Virus record (IMG/VR): IMGVR_UViG_3300044796_000657
Span: 124,001-188,000 of that record
Direction: 5' to 3' (one strand)
Length of the DNA: 64,000 bases
Positions 18,837 to 27,856 of the stretch are shown piece by piece; position 1 is the stretch's first letter, and each line of letters opens with the position of its first letter. The notes under the pieces were generated by a model. It was not told where the DNA came from and searched no databases. It saw nothing but the letters and a program-made list of their open reading frames with translations. The translations under genes were made by a program, and so were the position numbers.

Positions 18837-19176
18837 TAATTTGCTCTTTTCTAAATGAACCAATGTATCGTTGCATATGATCTTGAACCGCTTTGGCGTC
18901 TTCTGGATCTTTCCAAGTCCACAAAATACGATGATCGGTAGCGCCGCCAAGGGGCTTTGCCGAAGTACTTGAATAAGTTCGGGCTTGCTGTATGAAATCC
19001 ACATTTTGTTGCGGATCATACCCAATGGTGATGATGAGCTTGCCATTAATTCTGTCAACTGTTTTTTGCTCGGCATCCTGTGTGAATGTCACAGGCAAAC
19101 CAACGCAAACTAACACGGTAAAAAGGATACCGAGTAGAAAGCCGATAAAAGCACAGTACATCTTACCAGTGTTCAT
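18808..19176 (-). CDS. small membrane-anchored protein
   Basis: N-terminal hydrophobic helix. Confidence 0.55.
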   Translation of the reverse strand: MNTGKMYCAFIGFLLGILFTVLVCVGLPVTFTQDAEQKTVDRINGKLIITIGYDPQQNVDFIQQARTYSSTSAKPLGGATDHRILWTWKDPEDAKAVQDHMQRYIGSFRKEQINVSDSPVGK

Positions 19177-19499
19177 GATTTTCTCCACCAATTGCCTCCG
19201 AGTCCAAATTCGCCATCTTCGTGATCCCATCCCATTGTGGGAAAGTTTCCTTCGATAGCGACATTGGCACCTTGCCAAACGGCTCGGATCTTAACAAGTG
19301 AGTCGGTTTCAAAATGGACAACCAAATCAGATTCGTGGTGTCTCTCAGTGACGGCATCATATTGTCCGTAGACGTAAACGGCGGTGTCTTCTTCGCCTTC
19401 AACGAACAGGATCGTTCGGGCCAATTTGCTCACTGCCTCTTTGGGTGTAGCCTCAATGATCAAATGTGATATAAAATTAATTAACCTTTTGCCAATCAT
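19173..19499 (-). CDS. hypothetical protein
   Basis: 108 aa ORF with GAGG SD. Confidence 0.65.
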   Translation of the reverse strand: MIGKRLINFISHLIIEATPKEAVSKLARTILFVEGEEDTAVYVYGQYDAVTERHHESDLVVHFETDSLVKIRAVWQGANVAIEGNFPTMGWDHEDGEFGLGGNWWRKS

Positions 19500-19529
19500 A
19501 AATTCCTCTTTTAATTCCGCATGTACGCA

Positions 19530-19555
19530 CCCACGTTGCCAGAGGGCAACGTGGG
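19530..19555. other. strong GC-rich intergenic hairpin
   Basis: cccacgttgcc-agag-ggcaacgtggg, 11-bp stem. Confidence 0.7.
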
Positions 19556-19629
19556 AAGAAGTACGATTCTGACTGAACCTGATTGAGATTCGAACTCAAT
19601 TCGCTCAATGATAGCTACCCGATGTGGTT

Positions 19630-20004
19630 TTATCCACCAGTTGCACGACGGGGCCATTCAGTCCCGCAGTCTTTGAATTTGGCCGTACTTCTATTGAAAA
19701 TATATCCTATCGCTTCGGTGTCGTCGGCGAGTTGGATTTTGTCTCGACGGTAAAGATCAGGCACAGCTTCCAACCAATCCAAATTCATGAGAATGTCGCT
19801 GGAAGACACCTCAAACAATTCCCCTTTAATGGCTCGCCCATCTTTTTCATCAAAGGTAATGCAGGGATAACTCCCGCAGTCATACAATTTGTACAACGGT
19901 TTGGTCGTTGCTTCACTGAGGAACTTACTATCACCCAAAATGCGGTGATTGTGGTATCCTCTTTTGAGCGTACCATAAACGAAAACCTTTACCGGCTCAA
20001 ACAT
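19630..20004 (-). CDS. gamma-glutamylcyclotransferase (AIG2-like)
   Basis: VFVYGTLKRG, GELFEV and LDWLE. Confidence 0.9.
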   Translation of the reverse strand: MFEPVKVFVYGTLKRGYHNHRILGDSKFLSEATTKPLYKLYDCGSYPCITFDEKDGRAIKGELFEVSSSDILMNLDWLEAVPDLYRRDKIQLADDTEAIGYIFNRSTAKFKDCGTEWPRRATGG

Positions 20005-20774
20005 GGCATAACCTCTTGGATTTTATGAGCATTAAGACGCAATTCTTTCATGATCTCCGCTTGCCGACTTCGTTGAACACCATAAACTTCTGCCACTTGC
20101 TGTATCGTTAACTTGTCATCGAATCGCTTCAAGATGGCCTGTTGTTCTTTTTCTGTAATTTCCAAATCATCCATACACTTTCGCATTGCGGCGAAGTTTT
20201 TCGGAAATTCATATTCATCATCCCAACTAACCAACAAATCTTCCGGCATATCATCCGGATTTCTGAATTCTAATTGTTGTGTAGCATTGATTCGATTAGT
20301 TTGACCACACTTCCTGAAGTAGTCTTTATACTGACGAAACAAACAACTCATGGCAAAGGTGCTAAATTTGAATTTGTTGTTAATGTCAAATTTATCAATT
20401 GCCCTTATCAACGCCAATGCTCCGTGTTGAGCCAGATCATCAAAAAGTGAAAACGCATCAGGCTTCGCTTTTGCCCGGACTTTGGACATGTTGACCAAAA
20501 TCCGATAATTGCTCAAAAAGATAACATCACGGACAGCCAGTGCCACTCCGTACCGTTTGCTGTATTTCAAATAGTTGAATTTCCCAAACAGGAAAGTTTC
20601 TTGCTCTGGTGTTAACAATGGCGTTTTACAGAGGGAAGTGGTGCTGGTTCTCCGTGTTGAAACAATACGCTCTTGATCATAGTACCATTCAGGATACACT
20701 TCCCACTGACGACATAACTTGTCATCGTGAAAAGTTGCATGATCAATGTATTCTTCCCTCATGGCATGACCCAT
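19989..20774 (-). CDS. sigma-70 family RNA polymerase sigma factor
   Basis: PLLTPEQE..LF.KFNYLKY, SNYRILV, ALIRAIDKFD, FKFSTFA and region-4 HTH. Confidence 0.88.
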   Translation of the reverse strand: MGHAMREEYIDHATFHDDKLCRQWEVYPEWYYDQERIVSTRRTSTTSLCKTPLLTPEQETFLFGKFNYLKYSKRYGVALAVRDVIFLSNYRILVNMSKVRAKAKPDAFSLFDDLAQHGALALIRAIDKFDINNKFKFSTFAMSCLFRQYKDYFRKCGQTNRINATQQLEFRNPDDMPEDLLVSWDDEYEFPKNFAAMRKCMDDLEITEKEQQAILKRFDDKLTIQQVAEVYGVQRSRQAEIMKELRLNAHKIQEVMPCLSR

Positions 20775-21223
20775 TAGGTTGTTATAGGTTTAACACTCGC
20801 CGCAATCTGCGCATCGACCAATTCCAGAGTGATGTTGGCCTTGCGAAGCATAATAGCCGCAGGATCAGTTGCACTCATCAAAATCGCACGCAGAAGGTGC
20901 TGACAGGCAATGAACTTGGCAGGAAGGCCAATATCAATTGCCATACAAATTAACCTTCCCACGCTTTGACTGTAAGGAACACCTACCGAATGCGTAGAGT
21001 ATTTGCCTTTGCCTAGCGTTTGGCGAATATCATCTTGCATGGTTTTCGTGTTAACGCCCAGCGCCTTGAGGACGGAGGCACCAACATTTTGATCTTCGGC
21101 CAAAATGCCATAAAGCACATGAAGCCGAGTCACCAAAGGATCGCCGTTCTCTTTAGCGAAATCGTTGGCCTTCGACAATGCTTTTCTCGCACGATCAGTC
21201 ACTTTGTCGTAAAACGCATGCAT
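20774..21223 (-). CDS. stand-alone Clp ATPase N-terminal (ClpC-like repeat) domain protein
   Basis: TDRARKAL, HVLYGIL and HLLRAIL; no ATPase domain. Confidence 0.85.
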   Translation of the reverse strand: MHAFYDKVTDRARKALSKANDFAKENGDPLVTRLHVLYGILAEDQNVGASVLKALGVNTKTMQDDIRQTLGKGKYSTHSVGVPYSQSVGRLICMAIDIGLPAKFIACQHLLRAILMSATDPAAIMLRKANITLELVDAQIAASVKPITT

Positions 21224-21241
21224 CTCGTATTCCCTTTGATG

Positions 21242-21270
21242 AGTATAACATAATTGATTCCAAGAATCAA
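21242..21270 (-). promoter_or_regulatory. sigma70-type promoter TTGATT-N17-TATACT
   Basis: intergenic, before the ClpN-sigma genes. Confidence 0.7.
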
Positions 21271-21621
21271 TTACAATTTGCCAATTTCACGGATTTTTTC
21301 CAACCACGGTTCATCATCTTCCAACAAGTGAAAAACACTGCCGTTTTCAAATGTCATATGCTTTAACTTTTCGGTTCCATCAATCCAGCACTTACCCAAA
21401 GATGTATGCTCAAACATAGTGCCGATGGGTCGTTGACTGATTTCTTTAACCGTGTAAACACGCCATTCGCCACTATTGGCTTTGCCTTTGTTGATTTCGA
21501 TCATTAAAGCCTGAATGAATTCATCAGCGTAATCTTCTCTCAAGTCGAGACAACCTCTATGTCCTGCCTCGTAAACCGTCAAGACAATATCACGCAATTG
21601 ATTTAATTTAAGTCCTGCCAT
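21271..21621 (-). CDS. hypothetical protein, paralogue family A
   Basis: RVYTVKE..FEH...GKCWI...EPW shared with 30307 and 31503. Confidence 0.7.
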   Translation of the reverse strand: MAGLKLNQLRDIVLTVYEAGHRGCLDLREDYADEFIQALMIEINKGKANSGEWRVYTVKEISQRPIGTMFEHTSLGKCWIDGTEKLKHMTFENGSVFHLLEDDEPWLEKIREIGKL

Positions 21622-21622
21622 G

Positions 21623-22852
21623 TTAGGCTGCTTCCTTTCCAAACAGGGACTCTGTCCCTTGTACGATGTTTTGAGTGATAATGTACTTCGCCTGCGGTTG
21701 CTCCGGCAAGGTGAACATAATGTTAAGCATAACCCGTTCCAAAACCGCTCTAAGCCCACGGGCGCCTGTTTCTTGTTCAAGAGCCATCCGAACCATTTCC
21801 CGAAGTGCGTCATCGGTAAACTCCAATTCGCAACCCTCCATCTTGAAGAGTTTTTGATACTGCTTCACTAAGGAGTTATGTGGTTCCTGCAGGACTCTCA
21901 ATAATTCGTCTTCGCTCAACGTGAGCAATGGCGTAATAACTGGCAAACGGCCAATCAATTCGGGAATGAGGCCGTAGTGAACGAGGTCTTCGGCAACCAC
22001 CTTTTCAATCAATTCATTGCCAGTTAACTCTTTTTTGCCAGCGAAGCCAAATCCGATAGTCGTCTTGCCTGTCCGCTTAGCAATAATCTCTTTCAGACCG
22101 ACGAACGTTCCCCCAACAATAAAGAGGATGTTCGTGGTATCAATTTGAATGTATTTCTGTTCGGGGTGTTTGCGTCCCCCTTGCGCCGGGACATTACAAA
22201 TAGTCCCTTCCAACATTTTCAGCAATGATTGCTGCACACCTTCGCCTGATACGTCTCTGGTGATTGAGACATTGCCCGTTTTGCTGGCAACCTTGTCAAT
22301 TTCATCCACAAAAATAATGCCACGTTCGGCCAATGCCACATTCCAATTGGATGCCTGCAGCAATTTGAGAAGCAGATTTTCCACATCCTCACCGACATAA
22401 CCCGCTTCTGTTAACGTTGTAGCATCACCAATGGCGAAAGGCACCTTCAACATTCTGGCAAGTGTACGGGCCAACAGAGTCTTGCCGGAACCCGTTGAAC
22501 CGATCATGAGAATGTTGCTTTTCTCGATTTCGGTAGGGTCTTGCTCATCAAACATACCAGATTGAAGTCGCTTGTAGTGATTGTAAACGCCAACCGCCAA
22601 AACCTTTTTCGCCATCGATTGACCGATAACGAACTTTTCCAAAAACTCAACCATCTTGCGGGGGGCTGGCAATTGGACTTGTTCAGGATATTTGTTAGCT
22701 ACCGCAGCAGCTTTAGCATCTTCGCTGAGATAATTAGCTAGTTTGAAAGCACAACCCTTACAAATTACTCCCGCCATGCCGTTAAGCATCTCACCGCATT
22801 CGGGAGCCGGTGTACCACAAAAGCAACACTTGATGATTTTTTTGCGAGGCAT
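21623..22852 (-). CDS. clpX: ATP-dependent Clp protease ATP-binding subunit ClpX
   Basis: Zn-binding domain, [25 protein letters not shown] and IGF loop. Confidence 0.97.
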   Translation of the reverse strand: MPRKKIIKCCFCGTPAPECGEMLNGMAGVICKGCAFKLANYLSEDAKAAAVANKYPEQVQLPAPRKMVEFLEKFVIGQSMAKKVLAVGVYNHYKRLQSGMFDEQDPTEIEKSNILMIGSTGSGKTLLARTLARMLKVPFAIGDATTLTEAGYVGEDVENLLLKLLQASNWNVALAERGIIFVDEIDKVASKTGNVSITRDVSGEGVQQSLLKMLEGTICNVPAQGGRKHPEQKYIQIDTTNILFIVGGTFVGLKEIIAKRTGKTTIGFGFAGKKELTGNELIEKVVAEDLVHYGLIPELIGRLPVITPLLTLSEDELLRVLQEPHNSLVKQYQKLFKMEGCELEFTDDALREMVRMALEQETGARGLRAVLERVMLNIMFTLPEQPQAKYIITQNIVQGTESLFGKEAA

Positions 22853-22904
22853 AATAACCCTTCATTGCGGACGAGTACCGAGTTTAACAAAATTCACTAA
22901 ATTA

Positions 22905-23654
22905 TCAAGACCATGTCAATTTACGACCGGTCAATTTAGATAATTTAACAATTTGCGGCGTGTAAAAATGTGCCACACGCTTGCGATCTTCTGGATCTAG
23001 TTTCATATCATCATAAGCCTTGTTGTATTTCTTGAGGACTTTTTCATCGTAGTCTGGCGGTACAAAAGAATCGTCCACACCAACCCACTTAAAAACTTCC
23101 CGCAAGAAACCCAATGGATCAGACACCATATCATCGTAGAACAGTACTTTTATCCGATCTGGTTCAAAGTATCGATACCAATTTTCTAAAAGATCACCGT
23201 ACATCCCCTTGGACTTTATAGAATAAGGTGAGAGTTCACCCTTGGGGTGATTGCCATCAAAAGCATCCATAAAACTCACCTCTGGTTCAATTTTCTTGTA
23301 CCATAAGTGATCCTTATAATGGCTGAATGCCCTATCAATAGGGTTTCGCAACAGTACAAACAACTTGACGTTCGGGAAATAGGTCTTTATGAGCGGTGGA
23401 GCATATGGGCAAGAAAAATAGTTTGGCGTGAATTCGCCTACGCATTCGTGTTTAAGTCTTCCGAAACACTTCAAATATCTTTTGAGGGGAATGTTAAGTC
23501 TGTCGAAGAAGTGAAATTCCTTAATTCTTTTGCCACGTGGATTCTTGGGTGTGCCGATACTTGGATGCTTCCGCATTTGTTTCCAAGTCCAAGTTGTACC
23601 GCCCTTCATTACGCCAATGCCATAAAAGTCGGGGGAACGATACTTTTTCTTCAT
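22905..23654 (-). CDS. PAPS-dependent sulfotransferase
   Basis: IGVMKGGTT (5'-PSB), KEFHFF, LLRNPIDRAFS (3'-PB). Confidence 0.9.
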   Translation of the reverse strand: MKKKYRSPDFYGIGVMKGGTTWTWKQMRKHPSIGTPKNPRGKRIKEFHFFDRLNIPLKRYLKCFGRLKHECVGEFTPNYFSCPYAPPLIKTYFPNVKLFVLLRNPIDRAFSHYKDHLWYKKIEPEVSFMDAFDGNHPKGELSPYSIKSKGMYGDLLENWYRYFEPDRIKVLFYDDMVSDPLGFLREVFKWVGVDDSFVPPDYDEKVLKKYNKAYDDMKLDPEDRKRVAHFYTPQIVKLSKLTGRKLTWS

Positions 23655-23747
23655 GATATTAAACAGTAATAGGAACGATTTTATTCGTTCCTATTGTATA
23701 GCACCTGTCCATGATGCCCATTGTTCTTTGAACAAGGGCGACAGGTA

Positions 23748-24656
23748 TTAGTCTTTGCTGATGTCGCTTGCCCCACCCTGAGCCTTGAACGTTTGGGTAA
23801 TCGATCCCCACAAACGAGCAACACCCAAAGTGCCGCTGACTTCATAAGTACCATCAGTACCAGTCAAGCGGAAAAGTGAAACCAACCGAATATCGTTTGA
23901 ATCGCCAGCATTCGTGCCACGGTCATGTAAGATCGTCCAATTTTGAGGACGTTTGAAGCTGTCAGTTGAAGGCCCGTTGACACCAATTACACCGTAAAGC
24001 AATTCTTTGTCTTGACTTGTCGTGGCAGTCATACCAGAAGTTGCGAATACAGCAGCTACCGAATTATAAGCAGCGGCAGTCTTATCGGCAGGGGTATCTT
24101 TTTCAACGTTCTTGAATTCATCGCCCATAATCACACGGCGAGCAGAAGCCGCATGGGTCACAGTCACAATGGCGTTTTTAGCAAGGGCGTTAACACCGGA
24201 CGTAGCAAACAAAGTCAATACATAGCCGCTATTGAAGGGGACTTCCGATAATTTGACGTAAGTATTACCCAAAGAGTCAGCACAACTCGTTGTACCGCTA
24301 TTTGAGGACTTGTAAGCCAAGAAAGCAATGACGATTAAAAAGTCAGTTGAATTATCGTTATGTGGGGAAGTCGCAACAGTCAAAGTTGTGGTCGTTTGCT
24401 CAGTCAAACTTGTGACGATATTATGTCCAACACTTCGCATGTATTTAACAGGGTTTTTATGAACGTGCTTACCACGAACGCCTTCTTGCAGGTCATTCAT
24501 GCGGCCTTTCATCATACGGCCTTTCATTTTACCCTTTTTCATACCCATGTGAGCTTTCTTGCCCTTGGCTTTCATTTTGCCCTTTTTGGCTTTTTTCATA
24601 TTTTGACCGTGATCTTTGTTTTGACCAGCTACATCCTGATTAGTTTCAATGCTCAT
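23748..24656 (-). CDS. putative virion protein with Lys/Met-rich N-terminus
   Basis: KKGKMKAK.GKKAHM head followed by a Thr/Ser/Ala beta-rich domain. Confidence 0.7.
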   Translation of the reverse strand: MSIETNQDVAGQNKDHGQNMKKAKKGKMKAKGKKAHMGMKKGKMKGRMMKGRMNDLQEGVRGKHVHKNPVKYMRSVGHNIVTSLTEQTTTTLTVATSPHNDNSTDFLIVIAFLAYKSSNSGTTSCADSLGNTYVKLSEVPFNSGYVLTLFATSGVNALAKNAIVTVTHAASARRVIMGDEFKNVEKDTPADKTAAAYNSVAAVFATSGMTATTSQDKELLYGVIGVNGPSTDSFKRPQNWTILHDRGTNAGDSNDIRLVSLFRLTGTDGTYEVSGTLGVARLWGSITQTFKAQGGASDISKD

Positions 24657-24734
24657 AGATTATCCCCAATCGATCTTTAACTTATATATGCACCCTTATT
24701 TCAATTATAGTGTTGTAACAAAAAAACAGTGGAC

Positions 24735-25112
24735 TCAATCCACTGTGTTTGCCAATCCTACGGCATTTAACATTCTTTTTCTGAGATGGACTGCTTCTTT
24801 ATCAGATTGATCATTCGCATAAAGCGATTTCATGATCGTTCTAAAAAGTGGTGGTTTAAGACAAATCAATGCTGGTATTACCTCGGATTGGTGCCTTGGT
24901 ACAATTTCGCCCTTTATAATCAAAGCACAAGCCGTGAGTGGATCGTACAGCATATCTTTTCTGAAAGCACAGATATGCTTGGACATGATGTGCCAAGTAA
25001 AATTGTCGGCAATTGAAGCAAGAATTTCAATGAAGCGGTCTTCGTGGTGTATCATTTTTTTACAACCGGTACGACAACAGTGCGACCCGGCCCTTTCGTA
25101 ATTGTAATGCAT
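24735..25112 (-). CDS. hypothetical protein
   Basis: 125 aa ORF. Confidence 0.55.
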   Translation of the reverse strand: MHYNYERAGSHCCRTGCKKMIHHEDRFIEILASIADNFTWHIMSKHICAFRKDMLYDPLTACALIIKGEIVPRHQSEVIPALICLKPPLFRTIMKSLYANDQSDKEAVHLRKRMLNAVGLANTVD

Positions 25113-25399
25113 TCATCTGTCAATCGCATCGGAAGAACATAATCCAAATTGCTATACCCTTTTTTCAAGGCCCGATACAAATCCTTCAAATCTTTGAGCT
25201 TAAAAGTTAATTGGGACGGCAAATGATCAGTTGTGATGGACCTACCCAATTGGACTCTACTACTCCAAGAACTGGCGTAAACGGACACCTCTTTTGAGGT
25301 GCCGTCTTTATCTTCGTGAAAAAACAAAGTTACGGTACTGTCGTGGTTAGTATCCCACGCTGTATTCATAATTGCGTTCAGTTCTCTAAATGTTATCAC
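25052..25399 (-). CDS. hypothetical protein
   Basis: 115 aa ORF. Confidence 0.55.
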   Translation of the reverse strand: MITFRELNAIMNTAWDTNHDSTVTLFFHEDKDGTSKEVSVYASSWSSRVQLGRSITTDHLPSQLTFKLKDLKDLYRALKKGYSNLDYVLPMRLTDECITITKGPGRTVVVPVVKK

Positions 25400-25411
25400 T
25401 GTGAAATCCGA

Positions 25412-25693
25412 TCACTTGATAGAACGGATCAATTGAACTTGCTTATTGCAAATTTCGCAAGAAACGTTCATTTCAGTTAATGGCAACGAAACGAGCTGTA
25501 ATTCCGAACAGTCCGCCCCACAAAAGCCGGTATGACTGGTAATCATTCCAGCGTCTTCACGTTTTTTGATGTGAATGACTTTCACACCAGCAACATAAAC
25601 GTTAATGGTTTTGAACATTAGAACCTCAGTTTCCATTGACAATAAGATCACTGATTGATTCATTTTGGTGAATACGGGTAATGGCTTCGGCAA
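25412..25693 (-). CDS. small Cys-containing hypothetical protein
   Basis: FCG..C and CEIC; real start probably further downstream. Confidence 0.5.
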   Translation of the reverse strand: MPKPLPVFTKMNQSVILLSMETEVLMFKTINVYVAGVKVIHIKKREDAGMITSHTGFCGADCSELQLVSLPLTEMNVSCEICNKQVQLIRSIK

Positions 25694-26657
25694 ATAAACG
25701 AGTCGTACTAATAACTCGCAATTTGTTTTGAAGCAATGGCTCCGTCACACGAAAAGGCTCAATACAGTCCGATACGATCACTCGTTCGATTCGTTTATCG
25801 GACATTTTTTCGTTAGCTTTACCAACGAAAAGTCCGTGAGTAGCAATAGTGGCATAAATAGACTTGGCTTGTCTTGATTTCTCTTTTGGAAAACACGCTT
25901 CCGTTGCTTCCAAATTCGTACTGCCGCCGGAAATCATGTCGTCATAAATGAGGACATTACGACCGACAACATCGCCCATAATGCCATGACCAGTAATGGA
26001 TCGTCCAACGTGAACTTTATCCATACAAGCCAAGCCGATTTCCGTTTGGAAAGCATCACTGACCATCTTCCGAAATTTTCTGGCTCGATTTAGACCGGAC
26101 GCATCGGGCGACAAAACCGTTAAACTTGAAGGGTCAACCTTGTTTCTTCGTACGGATTCAATGATATAATTGGCGAATAAATGGTTCGCCTCAAGAAGAT
26201 CGCACGGAAATGGGAATGCGTTCTGAATGGCAGTAGGACTATGAACGTCAATTGTCAAAATACGGTTAACCCAAAGGCTTTCAAATGCCCTTGCTAGGTA
26301 TTTGGTAGTGATTGGTGCCCGGCTACTCGTCTTGCGATCTTGACGAGCGTACGGATAATACGGTGCCACGATAGTAATTCTTGCAGCAGAGGCATCCCGC
26401 AAAGCACCGCACAAAATCATAGTTTTCATGATTTTGTCGTTAATGCTTTCTTTTTGATCCGAGTACATGGATGAAATGATAAAAACATCGCACCCACGGA
26501 CATTCTCTTTGATGCCCGCTTGTGGCGCAGCATAACACTCGCCGTCTTCAAAACGATTTTCATCGAGTTCACTCAATGTCGTTTTCAAATAACCGGCTAC
26601 TTCTGCGCCGAATTTTCTCGAACTTGATGGTGCGAATATTTTCAATTTCATGATCAT
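25626..26657 (-). CDS. prs: ribose-phosphate pyrophosphokinase
   Basis: FEDGE, PYYPYARQDRK, SPDASG, DDMISGGST and THGLF. Confidence 0.96.
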   Translation of the reverse strand: MIMKLKIFAPSSSRKFGAEVAGYLKTTLSELDENRFEDGECYAAPQAGIKENVRGCDVFIISSMYSDQKESINDKIMKTMILCGALRDASAARITIVAPYYPYARQDRKTSSRAPITTKYLARAFESLWVNRILTIDVHSPTAIQNAFPFPCDLLEANHLFANYIIESVRRNKVDPSSLTVLSPDASGLNRARKFRKMVSDAFQTEIGLACMDKVHVGRSITGHGIMGDVVGRNVLIYDDMISGGSTNLEATEACFPKEKSRQAKSIYATIATHGLFVGKANEKMSDKRIERVIVSDCIEPFRVTEPLLQNKLRVISTTRLFAEAITRIHQNESISDLIVNGN

Positions 26658-26968
26658 TCCTCGATAAGAATTAACGTTTCATGGGTCTTGGTCTTTTGTT
26701 TCTTGGCTTGCTCTTTCGCAGTGAAAGACTTAATGACTTCGGACATAGGATACATTTTGACTATTTCGCCTTTAGATACGTAATAGCCACGATTGGTAGG
26801 AGAATGACCACTCATATCATGCAACCCCGGAAATACATCAGCAAACTCAATACCGATATTTTCTATATCGGATTTACTGGAGCGAATATCTTTGATGTTG
26901 CCACACTTGCCGTAGCAAATATGACCGGCACGAATAACACAAACTAAATCACCACGTTCAAATGACAT
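26654..26968 (-). CDS. hypothetical protein (SH3/KOW-like)
   Basis: FERGDLV...IGIEF..LHD. Confidence 0.6.
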   Translation of the reverse strand: MSFERGDLVCVIRAGHICYGKCGNIKDIRSSKSDIENIGIEFADVFPGLHDMSGHSPTNRGYYVSKGEIVKMYPMSEVIKSFTAKEQAKKQKTKTHETLILIEE

Positions 26969-26978
26969 GCCTCTCTCC

Positions 26979-27809
26979 TTAATTTTGCTGGTTATTGAAC
27001 GCTGCCAATGTATTACTAATCAACATCGAGATAGTTGTCGGCCCAACACCACCGGGCACAGGAGTATAACTACATGGATGTTTAACATCGGGTTTGAAAT
27101 CACCCACAATTTTGCCCTCAACTCTGCGAATTCCAACATCAATTACAGCAGCATTGTGTCGAATATAAGAAGCGGGCAACTCAAAGGACGATCTTCCAAC
27201 CGCCGTTACTACAATATCCGATATTTTGCACTGTCTTTCCAGATCAATCGTATGCTCATGACAAATTGTCACAGTGGCATTGTACGGATCTCTTGCCAAC
27301 ACAATAGCCAGAGGAATGCCCACAACATTGCTACGATTGATAATAACGACGTTTTTACCTTTGGTGGGTATTTCGTAATACTTGATTATTTCAAGCACAC
27401 CAGCAACCGTACAGGGTAAAAAGCGAATTTCACCAGTTGCTAACAAACCCAAATTTTCCGGGTGAAATCCATCCACATCTTTTTGTGGCGAAACAGAAGA
27501 AAGAACTTTATTCTTGTCAACATTGGCCGGTAATGGCAATTGTACCAAAATACCATGAATGTCTGGATTATCATTCCAAGCGTTAATTTGCTGTATGACT
27601 TCCTCGGTTGATGGCCGAATCATATTAACTGTTAAGGATTTGATACCAACTTTTTCACACATACGGTGTTTGTTGCGAACATAAATTTGACTAGCTGGAT
27701 CTTCACCGGCAAGTAAAACTGCTAAACAAGGCGTGCCTTTAATGTTTTTGACAATCTGAGCAACGTTCGCCAGTATGTTATTTGATACATCGTTTCCGTT
27801 AAGATTCAT
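26979..27809 (-). CDS. folD: bifunctional methylene-THF dehydrogenase/cyclohydrolase
   Basis: YVRNK, GILVQLPLP, KDVDG, PCT, DVGI and PVPGGVGP. Confidence 0.97.
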   Translation of the reverse strand: MNLNGNDVSNNILANVAQIVKNIKGTPCLAVLLAGEDPASQIYVRNKHRMCEKVGIKSLTVNMIRPSTEEVIQQINAWNDNPDIHGILVQLPLPANVDKNKVLSSVSPQKDVDGFHPENLGLLATGEIRFLPCTVAGVLEIIKYYEIPTKGKNVVIINRSNVVGIPLAIVLARDPYNATVTICHEHTIDLERQCKISDIVVTAVGRSSFELPASYIRHNAAVIDVGIRRVEGKIVGDFKPDVKHPCSYTPVPGGVGPTTISMLISNTLAAFNNQQN

Positions 27810-27810
27810 T

Positions 27811-27838
27811 AAAAAAAGGCCGGATTTTACTCCGGCCC
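27811..27838 (-). terminator. intrinsic terminator after ParB-like gene
   Basis: ggccgga...tccggcc stem followed by T7 on the minus strand. Confidence 0.7.
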
Positions 27839-27856
27839 CCTTGGATGGTTGTGGAT

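Noticed and set aside
18837-19076. Long N-terminal extension on PurE
   Set aside because: It overlaps another plausible gene; PurE homology starts at 18836.
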